Source: Tubulanus polymorphus
Taxonomy: Eukaryota > Animalia > Nemertea
Assembly: GCF_964204645.1 (NCBI RefSeq)
Contig: NC_134029.1
Span: forward strand, 19,462,950-19,526,949
DNA: 64,000 bases
Direction of reading: 5' to 3'
Positions 1 to 12,200 of the stretch are shown piece after piece (positions within the stretch are counted from its first letter, which is position 1; every line of letters begins with the position of its first letter). Both the position numbers and the translations under genes were made by a program. A model generated the notes under the pieces. It was not told where the DNA came from and searched no databases. It worked only from the letters and a program-made list of their open reading frames with translations.

Positions 1-131
1 AAATTTGTAGGTTTGGTAGTGGCAATTTGAATTGAATTGTACGCTTAACGAGGGAAAGGTATATTCGATATGGTTTAGATAATGTTTTGGAAGTGTTCTG
101 TTGTTGATATTATGAAAATCTATTGTTTCAG

Positions 132-254
132 ATTGAAGGTGAATCGATGGGTACAGATGAGAGCAGAGAGACGAGACTATTCCCTGATGATAGTAGCAGT
201 GGACGTATCACTTGTCACGACGTCACCCCAGAATTTCTCATTTACGGAACCGAT
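132..254 (+). CDS. WDR19: WDR19 exon (IEGESMG...FLIYGTD)
   Basis: tttcag acceptor, gtaagt donor, 123 nt, phase 0-0. Confidence 0.93.
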
Positions 255-3200
255 GTAAGTGAACTTACTCGAATAATGACATTGACAGAGCATTTCTTTA
301 TCAATGCATGATTCAATGAAAAATGAATAAATTGTAACATTTTAAACGTAGAAAATTTCTCTGATTCACTCAGCCAATTTTATGAAATCACTTGGAAAAT
401 TAGAGAAAACTCAGGACCCAGTTCCACAGTTCTGAGTTAGAGTTAAATCTGAGTTAAAACTAGTTCATTTTCAATTAGTAAACTCTGAGTTAAATCTTAA
501 CTCAGAACTGTGGAACTGGCTCCTGGGGATTTGTAAATGGGCGGAAAGTGGCCACCCTGCGCAGCCTCTAAAATCCTTGGAAAGAAAACCATGAAGATTT
601 CTTTGATGAGGTTGCATCGTATAGGCCCATACAGAATTGTACTTTGTTTCTTTTACTTTTAAAGTACGTGTACAACGTACTGAATATTTTGTAAAAACTC
701 GTTATGAATCGTTTCGGTTTTACAGACGGGAGGTATCCATTACTTCTATATCGAAGACTGGCAGTTCGTGAATGAGTTTCGTCACGTAGTCGGCATCCGC
801 AAACTGTTTCCCGACCCGAGCGGAACTCGACTCGTGTTCATCGACGATAAAAGCGATGGTTACGTTTACAATCCGGTAAGTCTGGAACACAGCGGGTAGC
901 AGGTGGTGAAAAATTGGAGAAATGCTCATCAGCGGGTATTGTTACCTGTGTTTTCATGCCTTCCCATTTTTACCGTGGGTGAACTTCGGTTTTCGTAGTT
1001 AGTCGACTAGTAGTCGGAGCTAGTGATCAAATGCACTTAAGTTTTGTCTAACACCATCTTCGAACGAGATATGAACTACAGCGTCTTCACAGTTTCTTAG
1101 TTCGTTATTTTCAGACTATAGTTCCGACTAACTGATATTCGGTTTCATTTAGTTCGCAAATAGTGTACTAACTCCGATAACCGAAGTTCGCCATGGGTGA
1201 ACTTTGGCAATCACCAGTCATCGACTATTAATGGATGAATTGAAAATAAATGTCAGTTAGTCCGAACTATAGTCCCCGAAGGTATCTCTGAAGTTTGCAC
1301 TCTCTGTAGTTTCCACGTAGTCTAAACATGGCAGACACAAAGTCTAGTGCATAAGAAATTGAAGGATAGAGATTCTTATATTCTATTAACTAGAAAAAAC
1401 CAAAGTTCACCTCCGTGCTAAAGAAGGTGTAACCCTTGGGATAGTTTCAGTGCCCAGTCCTCGGTTGATTATTCTCGTGGACGCGATAATTAAACAATTG
1501 AAAATAGATATTTGTAAACGTAATTCGTTTTTCATGAAATATTTTCTTCTGTTCGGTCGATGTAGGTAAACGACCAGATCATAGAAATCCCTAATTTCTC
1601 CTCGACAACGCACGGCGTTCTGTGGGAAAACTGGCTACCGGATAAGGTAAGAATTATCGTCGGGATTTTCGTCGGAGTGTATGTATTTATGTGTATATTG
1701 CGTGAGAGAAATGTCGTCAAATTTCTGAACGAATTGAAAGGATTCCTGTTCGTAATTATTATTTCAGAGGATATTCATATCGTACGACGACGATACGATC
1801 GTCACGTATTTGTTACATAAAGAATCGTATAAGGGTATGATTGAAAGACAATCGAACAGCCTCGATCGAACGTAGACAGCTGACTGACCTAGCACTTGGC
1901 GGCCCGGTTTAACGAAAGAGTTCATATTCAAATTTATCGGAAACTTTGTCTCGAACCCACGTTCGAATAACAGAAAAGTTATTCAAAACATTGATGAGTT
2001 AGAATTTCTTTTGAAAAAAATCTGAATATCCGAACATTAAAAACCATTTTCAAGGAGACACCTTTGGTTTACTTGCTGTGGGTTACTTAGTACAAACTTT
2101 TTTTAAGCGTAGATTTGTTCGTTAAACTATATCCGCCGAGAAACTCTTCAAATCAAGATCTCTCAGCTGTCTAGAGATAATGCTATTAACATTCCTTTTG
2201 TAGTACTTTATAACATTTAGTAAGCTTACAGTCAGTGGATTTATTTTGTCTAATATTTTGTGCCCTAAAAATAGCTTACGTTGTTGAGACCATTCCCGAA
2301 AAATATGGCTGCTAGAGACATAATCGCTAATCCAGTTGACATCGTACTAATTAGTGATTTTACAGAGGGATCATATAGAGGGATACAGCAGGGATTCGAA
2401 CCTGATGGCATCGCTAGACTCGGCCACGGCATATGAAACCCTGCCACAATAGACCGGGTGCGCAAGTTAGCCGCATTAAAACTCGCGACACCAATCAGAT
2501 TGCCCGTGGTATAATTGCCAAGGCATATTTCACGAAAAAACTATAAATGGAAAACCTGGGCTAAAATAAAACAGGATGTCTGATTGGCTGATAATGACAT
2601 CATCTAAGCTGCGCACTCGCGCTAGTGTGGCAGGGTTTGTACCATGGCGCGTCTCAATGCCATGAGGTTCGAGTGCCTGCCGGGCGAGGATGCATATAGA
2701 TAGGGAGCCATGTTTTTCTTGAGGGGTCTGCCCAGACTGGTTCATGCCGTCAGTAAGTAGCTTTATGTACCCAGGTTCCTCAATGTAAGCGCTAACTTTT
2801 TATCTACCGGTACTTGTAGAGATTTAAACATATTTTTCTTTATTTAAATCGACTCATACGATCTAAGAAAGACCCTTCGGCATCGAAACAAAATTTCATA
2901 CCTATTTATCCTACTGTGAAAAAGAAAGCCATATCATGCTGATTTACTCTTATGCCATCAGATGCATTTGACAAGACTTACAAATGCGCCAACCATTCCT
3001 GATTTCTTGGATTAGTTTTCAACTCGTTTCTGAGGTTGATAGTCCTGGATATACCGGTGAGGATACCGCAGGACGGCGATGATAGTATGTTGTCGCCAGA
3101 GCGGCACAACTTCTTATCAGTGCATTAAGTAAAAAAACATGTAGTTCAGTAACGGTTGACGGTTATTATTGTTCCAGATGCTCTTGAAATGCTTTTGAAA

Positions 3201-6200
3201 TTTAAAAATTTACCTTAGTAAGAGGGGCCATTGAGTCGTCTTTTCTTGACTAAGATATCTATTCGACACGCTTTTAAAAATTCTGGTAACATCCTTGATG
3301 AGGGCAAAGTGTTAGTTTGAGTTCTAACACGGCGTGGTGTGAATAATATATACGGTTCGATATTTAACAGCTCTGACACAAGCTTCTGTTCTCTCTCGTT
3401 TCATTATTCTAGGGCGTGTTCGTAGTGTTCAACGACGAAAAGATAACGTCCTACGTATACCTACGGGAAACAGTGTCTGGTATGCCCGAAACTTTCGTAC
3501 ACGTGCAGGCCGCGTATAACCTGCCGCCCTCGGTGGCTCTGGCCAGTTGTAAGTGTGGGAGGCGTATATACACTGTACTGGACACTGGGTTTTCCCGCGA
3601 TTGAGATTCTGCGTTTTTTTTCTGTTTTCGACGCGTTGTGCACACTCTCAAAATTCTAGTTACCTATAGTCGAATTCGACAATATTCTTATAACTTTAGC
3701 GAGATTTTTCATGATATTTTTGTTTTCTGCGTCACTTTTCAGCAGCAGCAGCAGCACAATATTATTTCAGTAGTGTGTTACATCATATATATACCTCCCA
3801 CACTCACACACCTCCACGCTTCCATTCTCATCGGAATGGGAGTTCTAAAACCTTAACTTAAGTTTCTATTCTATATGGTGGCTGATTCGGGCCATACTAA
3901 GAAACATTTTCTGTTCAGCTTGAGGCACGATAAAATAACTTTTACATTGGCCCAATTCTAGAGTTTTGAATTTTTCGTGCGAGAGAATAAAAGACTTTGA
4001 ACTTTTGCGCAAGAAAACCAGATTTTTTTAAAATTCTCAAGCAAAAGCCAAAATGTTTTGTTGAATTCTCGCACGAGAAAACCAAAAAATGGGCCAATGT
4101 GAAAAACTTTTTTTTCATGCCTCAGTTCAGAAAAATGTCTTAAGTATGGCCCAAATCAGCCACCATAATTCTAACTATTTTTCGCCTAATTTTTCATTGC
4201 GTTGTTTGTAGAAATATTTCATAGAATTCGATCATTGCCGTTTAAAAATTTTCTCGAAATCGTTTATTTACGGGTTTATTATGGCCATTTATGATGGAAT
4301 CTTTCCTTATTCGTACATATAGGTTCTAAAGTCGTTCAAGTCGGAAACACGAAACTGCCGTACGGTCATGTACCGATCATGCTGTACAACGGAGAGGTTA
4401 CTCTTCAAACTCAGAGCGGCAAAGTCCAAACTCTGGTCCTTTCAACTCACGATTTCGAAGGGAAGCCTTTGGATCAGTCACCGGCTGAAGTACGTATCGA
4501 ATGAATGTTCGAAGTGTCCTTAGATGAGGCTTCCTTAGTATATTCTATTCATTACTCAGTGATTTATCTGTTGTTTTTTTTTCAGCTCAAAGATGCTCTT
4601 GAAAAGTGTTTAGCTTTAAGAAGGTAATGTCTGATTTTTAAAATGCATATCACGATTGATAAAACACTATTTGTTGAGACGATTATGTAAAGAGAATACC
4701 ACAACAATAACGAAAAAAGTCCGAAAAATGTAACTGGAGCTTTTTAGTAGTTTACTATTTACTATTCTAATAGTCATCTTCAGGAATACTGAATGAATAA
4801 AAATATATAGAATATATTATCAAAATGCTACAATCTTGAAATGTTTGTTGCTGTAGTAATTTTGTTCTGAAAAGCTCCTTAACCCAGTTCCGCAGTTCTG
4901 AGTTAAGATTTGACTCAGAATTAAATCATTGAAAATGAACTGATTTCAACTCAGAGTTAACTCTTTTAACTCGCAACTGTGGAACTGGGTCCATCAGTTC
5001 ACTAAACTATAGGTTTTTGTCTAGATTACTTTTTACTGTTTCGCAGGTTTAAAGATGCGTGGACGTATTGCGACCTGCTTTGTAAGAGGGAGCATTGGCT
5101 CGAGTTGGGAAGAGTCGCTTTAGAGAATTTGGAAATTGACATGGGTACGAAGTGCTTATTTTGCGTGTCAAAATGAAATTTTTGAAAAATACGATCTGCA
5201 AATATTATATCCACGAAAACTTAATCATTTTACAGCGATCAAGGTGTATAGACATATCGCTGATGCCGGAATGGTGATGTCTTTACAAAAAATCAAAGTA
5301 CGTGCTTGAAATGAAACAGTCATAGACAATATAATGTCCTTGTCGAGGTACTCAAGGTATTGATATTCATAATTTGCTTTCTTTATCATTACAGAATACA
5401 GAAGATCGAAATTTGCTAGCCGGCTATATCGCGATGTTCATGGAAGATTTCAGTCTCGCGCAAGATTTGTTTTTGGCCTCGAGTTTCCCGAGCGCGGCAT
5501 TGGAAGTACGTTTCAGCTAGAACTTGATAAAGCCCAGTTCGTAGAAATAATAAGTATATAAGATACCGAGAAATAAGAAAAAAGATTCCCCCAATTTGAA
5601 TTGACTTACCAAAGCTGGTACATGTATATGCCGGTTTATCATTAGATTTGTATCATGTACATTTTCTATATTGGTATATCAGTCCTCTGCTAGTAAAGAC
5701 ATTTCAAGTTATACATCACACATATTTTTTCATCAAAGAGATGTTGTTATCTAGTGAAGAGATCTACCGGTAGTTAGTCGACTAGAATTTACGCTGAAGT
5801 AGGATTTAATTCTAACTCATTTACAATAGATATCACTCAATTCAAACCTTTTTAGGACTGTGATAAGCAATATCCCCGAGTTGGATAGTGTATATTTCAT
5901 ATATTGGTCATATTTTGAAGAATATTTTGAGTTGAAAATTTATCTGAATCTGACTTTGCGGCGGAGTCTACCATATATAGTATTGTTGATAGTATTGTTA
6001 AGCTTAAAAGTGATACGAATTGAACTGTTTACTGTTAAATCTGTTGAATTATATTCTTTCATCAAATTCCAAAGTTGAGATCTGAGTTACGCATTTCTGC
6101 TTACGGTATATTTACATATGTTTACAGTTATGAAAATATTACTCCATTTTTTAGATGCGACGAGATCTGTTGCATTGGGACGAGGCGTTGAAACTGGCTA

Positions 6201-9200
6201 AAGCCCTCGCGCCCGAGCAGATTCCGTTCATATCGAAGGAATACGCCCAGCAGCTGGAATTCACCGGCGATCACATTAACGCGTTGGCGCACTACGAAAA
6301 GGGTATTACGAAAGCTGATCAGCATCGGGATCACGACGAGATCTGCGCGGCCGGCGTGGCGCGTGAATCCATCCGAATGGGCGATATTCGCAGGTAATTT
6401 AGCTACCATTACTACAACAAAATTTCCAAGTGATGATAAAAGTGATGGTTATGGTGTTCAGGCCTGTATGTACGTAGGAACAAACTTTTAAAAGTTGATT
6501 GTAAAACGCCCCTCGACTCTTGGTGATTATACCCCCAATACCCCTCGAATACCTGTCAAATTTGAAAATTATGGTCCTGTAGGTCCTGTATTATTGCCCC
6601 CCCCCCCCCAGCCTCAAAAATCAATTTTCTACTGGGTGAAGAGAGGGATTGTGGATCTTGGTCAGGGAGAAAGGGTTTGAACCCACAACTTAACATCCCA
6701 GAGTTAAACGCTGTCACCACTCTCCAAACTGTTGAAGACCCTACTAAGCTGAACGCAGATTGGTAACTTATTGTCCAATTAACACTTGTCCTAAACCAAA
6801 AATTTGAATGTTTGATATATTTTCTTTCTTAAGGGGTGTTGGTATGGCTTTGAAAATGCCGAGTAAAATATTGAAGAAAGAATGCGCAGCAATACTTGAA
6901 AATATGAAGGTATAAGTCGGGGCTAGAGTTCATTAAGAGGGCTTTACTTGATAAAGTGAATTAGAAATTACGTTATTGTTTGTAGCAATGGACAGAGGCG
7001 GCGCTTCTGTATGAAAAAGGAGGTTACTACGATAAAGCTGCATCCGTGTACATACGTTCGAAAAACTGGTGAGTCAATTTATATAGGCCCATAAGATAAA
7101 TTCCTCTGAATTAATGAATTTCGTGTAATGATATGGAAAAATCAGGAAAAACTCAGGAAAAATTTGTAAATTGGCGGAAAGTGGCGACGCGTTTCATAGG
7201 CGTGGTGTTTGATATTTTATTTGAAGGAGTCAGGCCATAACGCGCAGTTCTCAGTTTTCAAATTTGACTCTTAGAAATAAATAAGTTCAATATTTTGATA
7301 CTAACCAGCAACTGCGGGACTGGATCATTGTATGATTTATGGACTATTTCCTGATCACGCGCAATGAGTTATTATATGGATTTAGGGTTATGATATGGAA
7401 AAATCAGGGAAAACTCAGGAAAAATTTGTAAATTGGGGGAAAGTGAGAAAGTATTTTCTGATCACGTGCAATGATATCGCTTCAGGACAAAAGTCGGCGA
7501 ATTGTTATCTCACATCACGTCGCCGAAAATTCACGCTCAATACGCGAAGGCGAAGGAAGCGGACGGGCGCTACAAGGAGGCGGCGCAAGCTTACGAAAAC
7601 GCGAAAGATTTCGACAATGTTATCAGGTTAGTGAGAACGCTTCAACGATTCTACGATAGATTTGCATTACGAGAAACCCTTGCGGTGAAATCTGGCGAAT
7701 TGAGTGGTTTTCTGCATCGGGTCGCGTATGCCGAAGTCAGACTCTACTGTGCACTTAGCATTTTACGCAATAAAACGTTTAAGACGGATAGAACTTCGAA
7801 GGTTGACTAGATTTATTAAGAGTTTGAGCTTTTGTTTCTTGTGCAGAGTAGCTTAATTGTGTATATGAATTTGCCTTAACTGATGAAGCTAATATGCGCT
7901 AGTAGCGAAAACTCATGCTCTAGATAAATCTCCTCAACCTTGAAAGTACTAACTGTCTTTAGGTTTAACTGATTCGACACCAGCAGGTTAACGCTGCTTC
8001 TCAGTGAAAGCAAGGAAACTTTGTCAACAACTTCTGATGATATGACAGTCCTTAGCGATTTACTTATGCGTACCAATAATTTCGGCAGTATACGTACATA
8101 TGTTTGCGCGCTTTGCTTTTCAGAATCAATTTGGATTACTTGCATAACCCGGAGGAAGCTGTGAAAATAGTTCGAGAAACGCAGTCAATCGATGGAGCGA
8201 AGATGGTCGCCAAGTACGTAATCCTTCAGAAAATATTGAGTTTCCATTCCACAATTGGTAATTTCGATGTCAACTCATTTCGTCTTCTTTTGTTCAGGTT
8301 TTTCCTGAAGTTGAGCGACTATTCATCGGCCATACAGTTTCTGGTGATGTCCAAGTGTAACGACGAAGCGTTCCAGCTCGCTCAGGTTCACGGTCAAATG
8401 GAAACGTATGCCGACATTATCGGTATGTTCTTAGATTCTGCAAATGAAAATTAAATCTGGCGCCTGGCTCCATTCCAGATTTGGCACTTAGTTTAGACTG
8501 AGCTTTGTTTATTGATCCAATGATTTTATCGTAAATAACCAGCAGTCATATTCAGAAAGGTTTTCTAGCTCATTTGTTTGCTAACTATGTAGTTAAACAA
8601 TAGTTAGTAAGGTACTTAGCAAAAAACTAAGCTTAGTAAGGCTTCATGAATACGGCTGGATGTAATTGGGAATGACCTTAGAATTTTTTTGTTGTACTGC
8701 TGTCATGAATGAAAAGTAGGTCCAAGCTAGTCTTGATTTGAAAGAATAAGAATTGAGCCATCAATACACTTCTGTCCAGGGTGGCCACTGATCTGGCAAA
8801 CCTGGAAAACTTCTAGAATAAGAATGTGAAATATTATTTCCATGTTTTCATCAGGACCAGATGCAACACCTGAAGATTACAGAAGTATAGCCTTACACTT
8901 CGAGAACGAACGTAATTACTTCATGGCCGGAAAATTCTTCCTTCTCTGTGGACAACATCCAAAGGTACCGGTTACATGTATACTGATATGGCAACATTGA
9001 TGATAAACAAGACTTAACAGGGTAGAGCAATAGAATCACAAAATCTTAGTGAAACAGGGTAGCCGCCACTAACCTGAATATCAGGGAAATCAGAGAAAAG
9101 TCAGGGAAATTTCTTTTCTTTTGGAATAGTCAGGGAATTTTGTATATAAGCTAAAAATCAATTGAGAAGTCACAGAATTTTTTTGGGATTGCCGTGTTAA

Positions 9201-12200
9201 TTGATAGGATTTTTAGCAGATCGAGGGAAAACAAAGTGCATGTCGGGGAATAGTCGGGAAAATGCAAGTCAAACAAACATTTTTTACGTTCATTTATATT
9301 GAATTGGACGATGAGTAATATCCAGATAAAATCCGGCTTGATTTTTGGGTCTACTGGATTTTTCCGATCTTCAACCCGATGCCTATTTTTTCCGAAAATT
9401 AATTTTGTATCTTTTTTTCCCATTTTCGTAGGCCCTCAATCATTTCCTGCGAGTGAAAGGCCAAGACGAACACCAGGCTATCGAGATGGCCATCGAAACC
9501 GTCGGCCAGGCGAACGACGATAAACTCACGGAAGTGCTCATCGAATTCCTGATGGGCGAAAACGACAACATTCCGAAAGACGCGAAATATTTGTTCCGTG
9601 TCTATATGGCTTTGAAACAGTATCGAGAAGCCGCCCGTACGGCTATTATCATCGCGCGCGAGGAACAAAACGCCGGTAGGATTTCGATACAAAAAAAAAT
9701 GATTCGAATTTAGTGATAGAAATTTATTTTCATGAAGAAGTTTACATCATTAGACATTGAATAAATGGTAAAAGGAAGAATAATATAACTAGATGATATG
9801 TGGAGAGACTGAATTGGTCGATCTCATCCTCCCCGGCGGGGACTCGAACCTGATGGCATCGCACCTGCTACTGCGCGAAACCCTGCCTCACTAGCCTGAG
9901 TGCCCAGCTACTATAATATCATTGTTAGCCAATCAAAGATCATGTTTTATCTTAGCCCGGGTTATCTCAAGCTATCATTATCCATACCTCAGCGATTGTG
10001 CAACCGGTGATCTGATTGGTGCTGCAAGTTTTCGTGCCGCAAACCTGCGCAAGTATCTGCGCACCCGGTCTAGTGTGGCAGGGGTTCGTGCCTTGGCTGA
10101 GTCGAGTGATGCCATCAGGTTCGAATCCCTGCCGAGGGAGGATTGTCTATCTAAGTTGTGTCGCCCAAATGCATCCACACCACATTCATCACATTCAAAC
10201 AACATGAATCAGTCCGGTAATGAGAAATGATTGTGACTGTATAACTGAAGCTATATTCATCGTTTCACTGGATGTCTTTGAAACTAGGACAAGCGGGTTT
10301 CATTCTATGTAGAATAAAAAGAACCGTTCGCATATTTTGAAAAATTGGATCCGTTTTTCGTTTGTTTAGGTAACTACCGCAATGCTCACGACGTTTTGTT
10401 CAGCATGTACCAAGAACTGAAACAAAATCGAATCAAAATTCCGACGGAGATGTTGACGAATCTGATGATTCTTCACAGCTATATTCTCGTCAAGGTGAGA
10501 ATCGACGATTTCACTCGGCGTCAGTACGTTTCATTCGGGATAAGATTACCTGAACCTTTTTTTTCGGTTTTCGTTAATTACAGATCCACGTGAAACGTGG
10601 CGATCATTTGAAAGGAGCCAGAATGTTGATTCGAGTGGCAAACAATATCAGCAAATTTCCTGCTCGTGAGTTTTAAAAGCTTTCAAGAATTTTCCAATAT
10701 TATTAGTAATTTGTAGTAGTAGTAGTAGTAGGCCTGTACTTGATAGCGTTATGCAATACACGTCTAGAGGCGGTTGATTATGTGGATCAGATTTTGTGAT
10801 TGAGTGTTTGACTAGTTTCAGCAAATGAAATATCGATCTCACGAGAATCATTCAATGATTTGTACCGTATTAGGGTTTGACTGGAATGGCAAAAAGATAT
10901 GAGCACTGACGTGATGAAGACTAGATTATAATTTGATATAGTGAAAAGAAGATAACTTCTTCAACTTAAGATGAAATTCAGTCACCCGTGATCTATTCAT
11001 GACCAGTTTTCTCTATTTAGATGTTTACTACTTGCGCGTGGGCGCTGGCAAATATTATACAGTCAAAGCCACATAATACATCTATGTCTTACAACATCTA
11101 TGTCTTACAGTCAGGGAAAACAATATGCATGTCTAGAAATAGTCAGGGAAAAAGAATGTGAAATAAAAGTGGCCACCCTGATGATATAAGATGTATATAT
11201 GACCTATTACATGTATTGTTATGATCATTATTATTTTTATGGTCTTTCTATGTATTGTATACTCAAAAATGAGGAAAGATTTTGAAAATATTTCAGATAT
11301 CGTACCGATATTGACGTCGACGGTTATCGAATGCCATCGGTCGGGTCTGCGAAATTCGTCGTTCAGCTACGCGGCCATGTTACTGCGTCCCGAGTACAAG
11401 AACCAAATCGATGCTAAGTATAAGAAAAAGATCGAAGCTATCGTTAGGTATGTTTGTGCGTACGCAGTACGAGCGATTACGAATTCTTTTCGGGAAATAC
11501 AGAATCATTCATCTCCGTTTGTTCGATGTTGTAGAAAACCGGATAAAACCGAAGAAGAAGAAGAACTGCTACCTTGTCCCTATTGTAGTTTCGAAATCCC
11601 CGGTACGACCCTCACTTGTCCCGGCTGCAAAAACAATATTCCGTTCTGCGTTGTGACTGTAAGTTGAAGTAGAGATATATTCAATGGCCAACCATTCCCC
11701 CTGGTTTTTATGCTGCTGTATTACGTCCGACGAAATTAACTTTTTTGTTTCATTTCTCAGGGTCGTCATATAACCAAAGATGATCTCACTGCCTGTCCGA
11801 CCTGTGATTTCCCTGCCTTCAGATCTGAATTCATTACGTAAGTACCAGTACATTGCATTGTAAAGATACTCATAGTGGACTCCAGTCTCTGGTCGAGTCG
11901 GAACGACTCGGGTTGCCGTTCAGTAATTCATCGAAATATGAAATATATTTCTTAGTTTATGCAACTCAGATATCACTCAATTTACATTTGATTGGACAAA
12001 ATGGGACCGTCAAAATTAGTCCGAGGTAACCCGAGTCTGAGTTAAGGATAGGGAAATATGTTAAGAAGTCAGAAAAACGGGTATAGGTTAATTTTTTAAT
12101 TTTTGTCTGAGTTGGGCATGTCCTACCTGTATATAGATATTTTGCCAGTAACGGTGTGCACTGGTAGTCGACTGTCGGTTTGTCAACTCTACTAATAATG

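Noticed and set aside
2388-2690. Functional tRNA genes
   Set aside because: A/B boxes present but no consistent anticodon arm; arms diverge between copies as repeats do.
2962-3015. Peptide ...PTIPDFLD* resembling the preceding WDR19 exon (possible third duplicate)
   Set aside because: Four-residue match only, in-frame stop, no donor.
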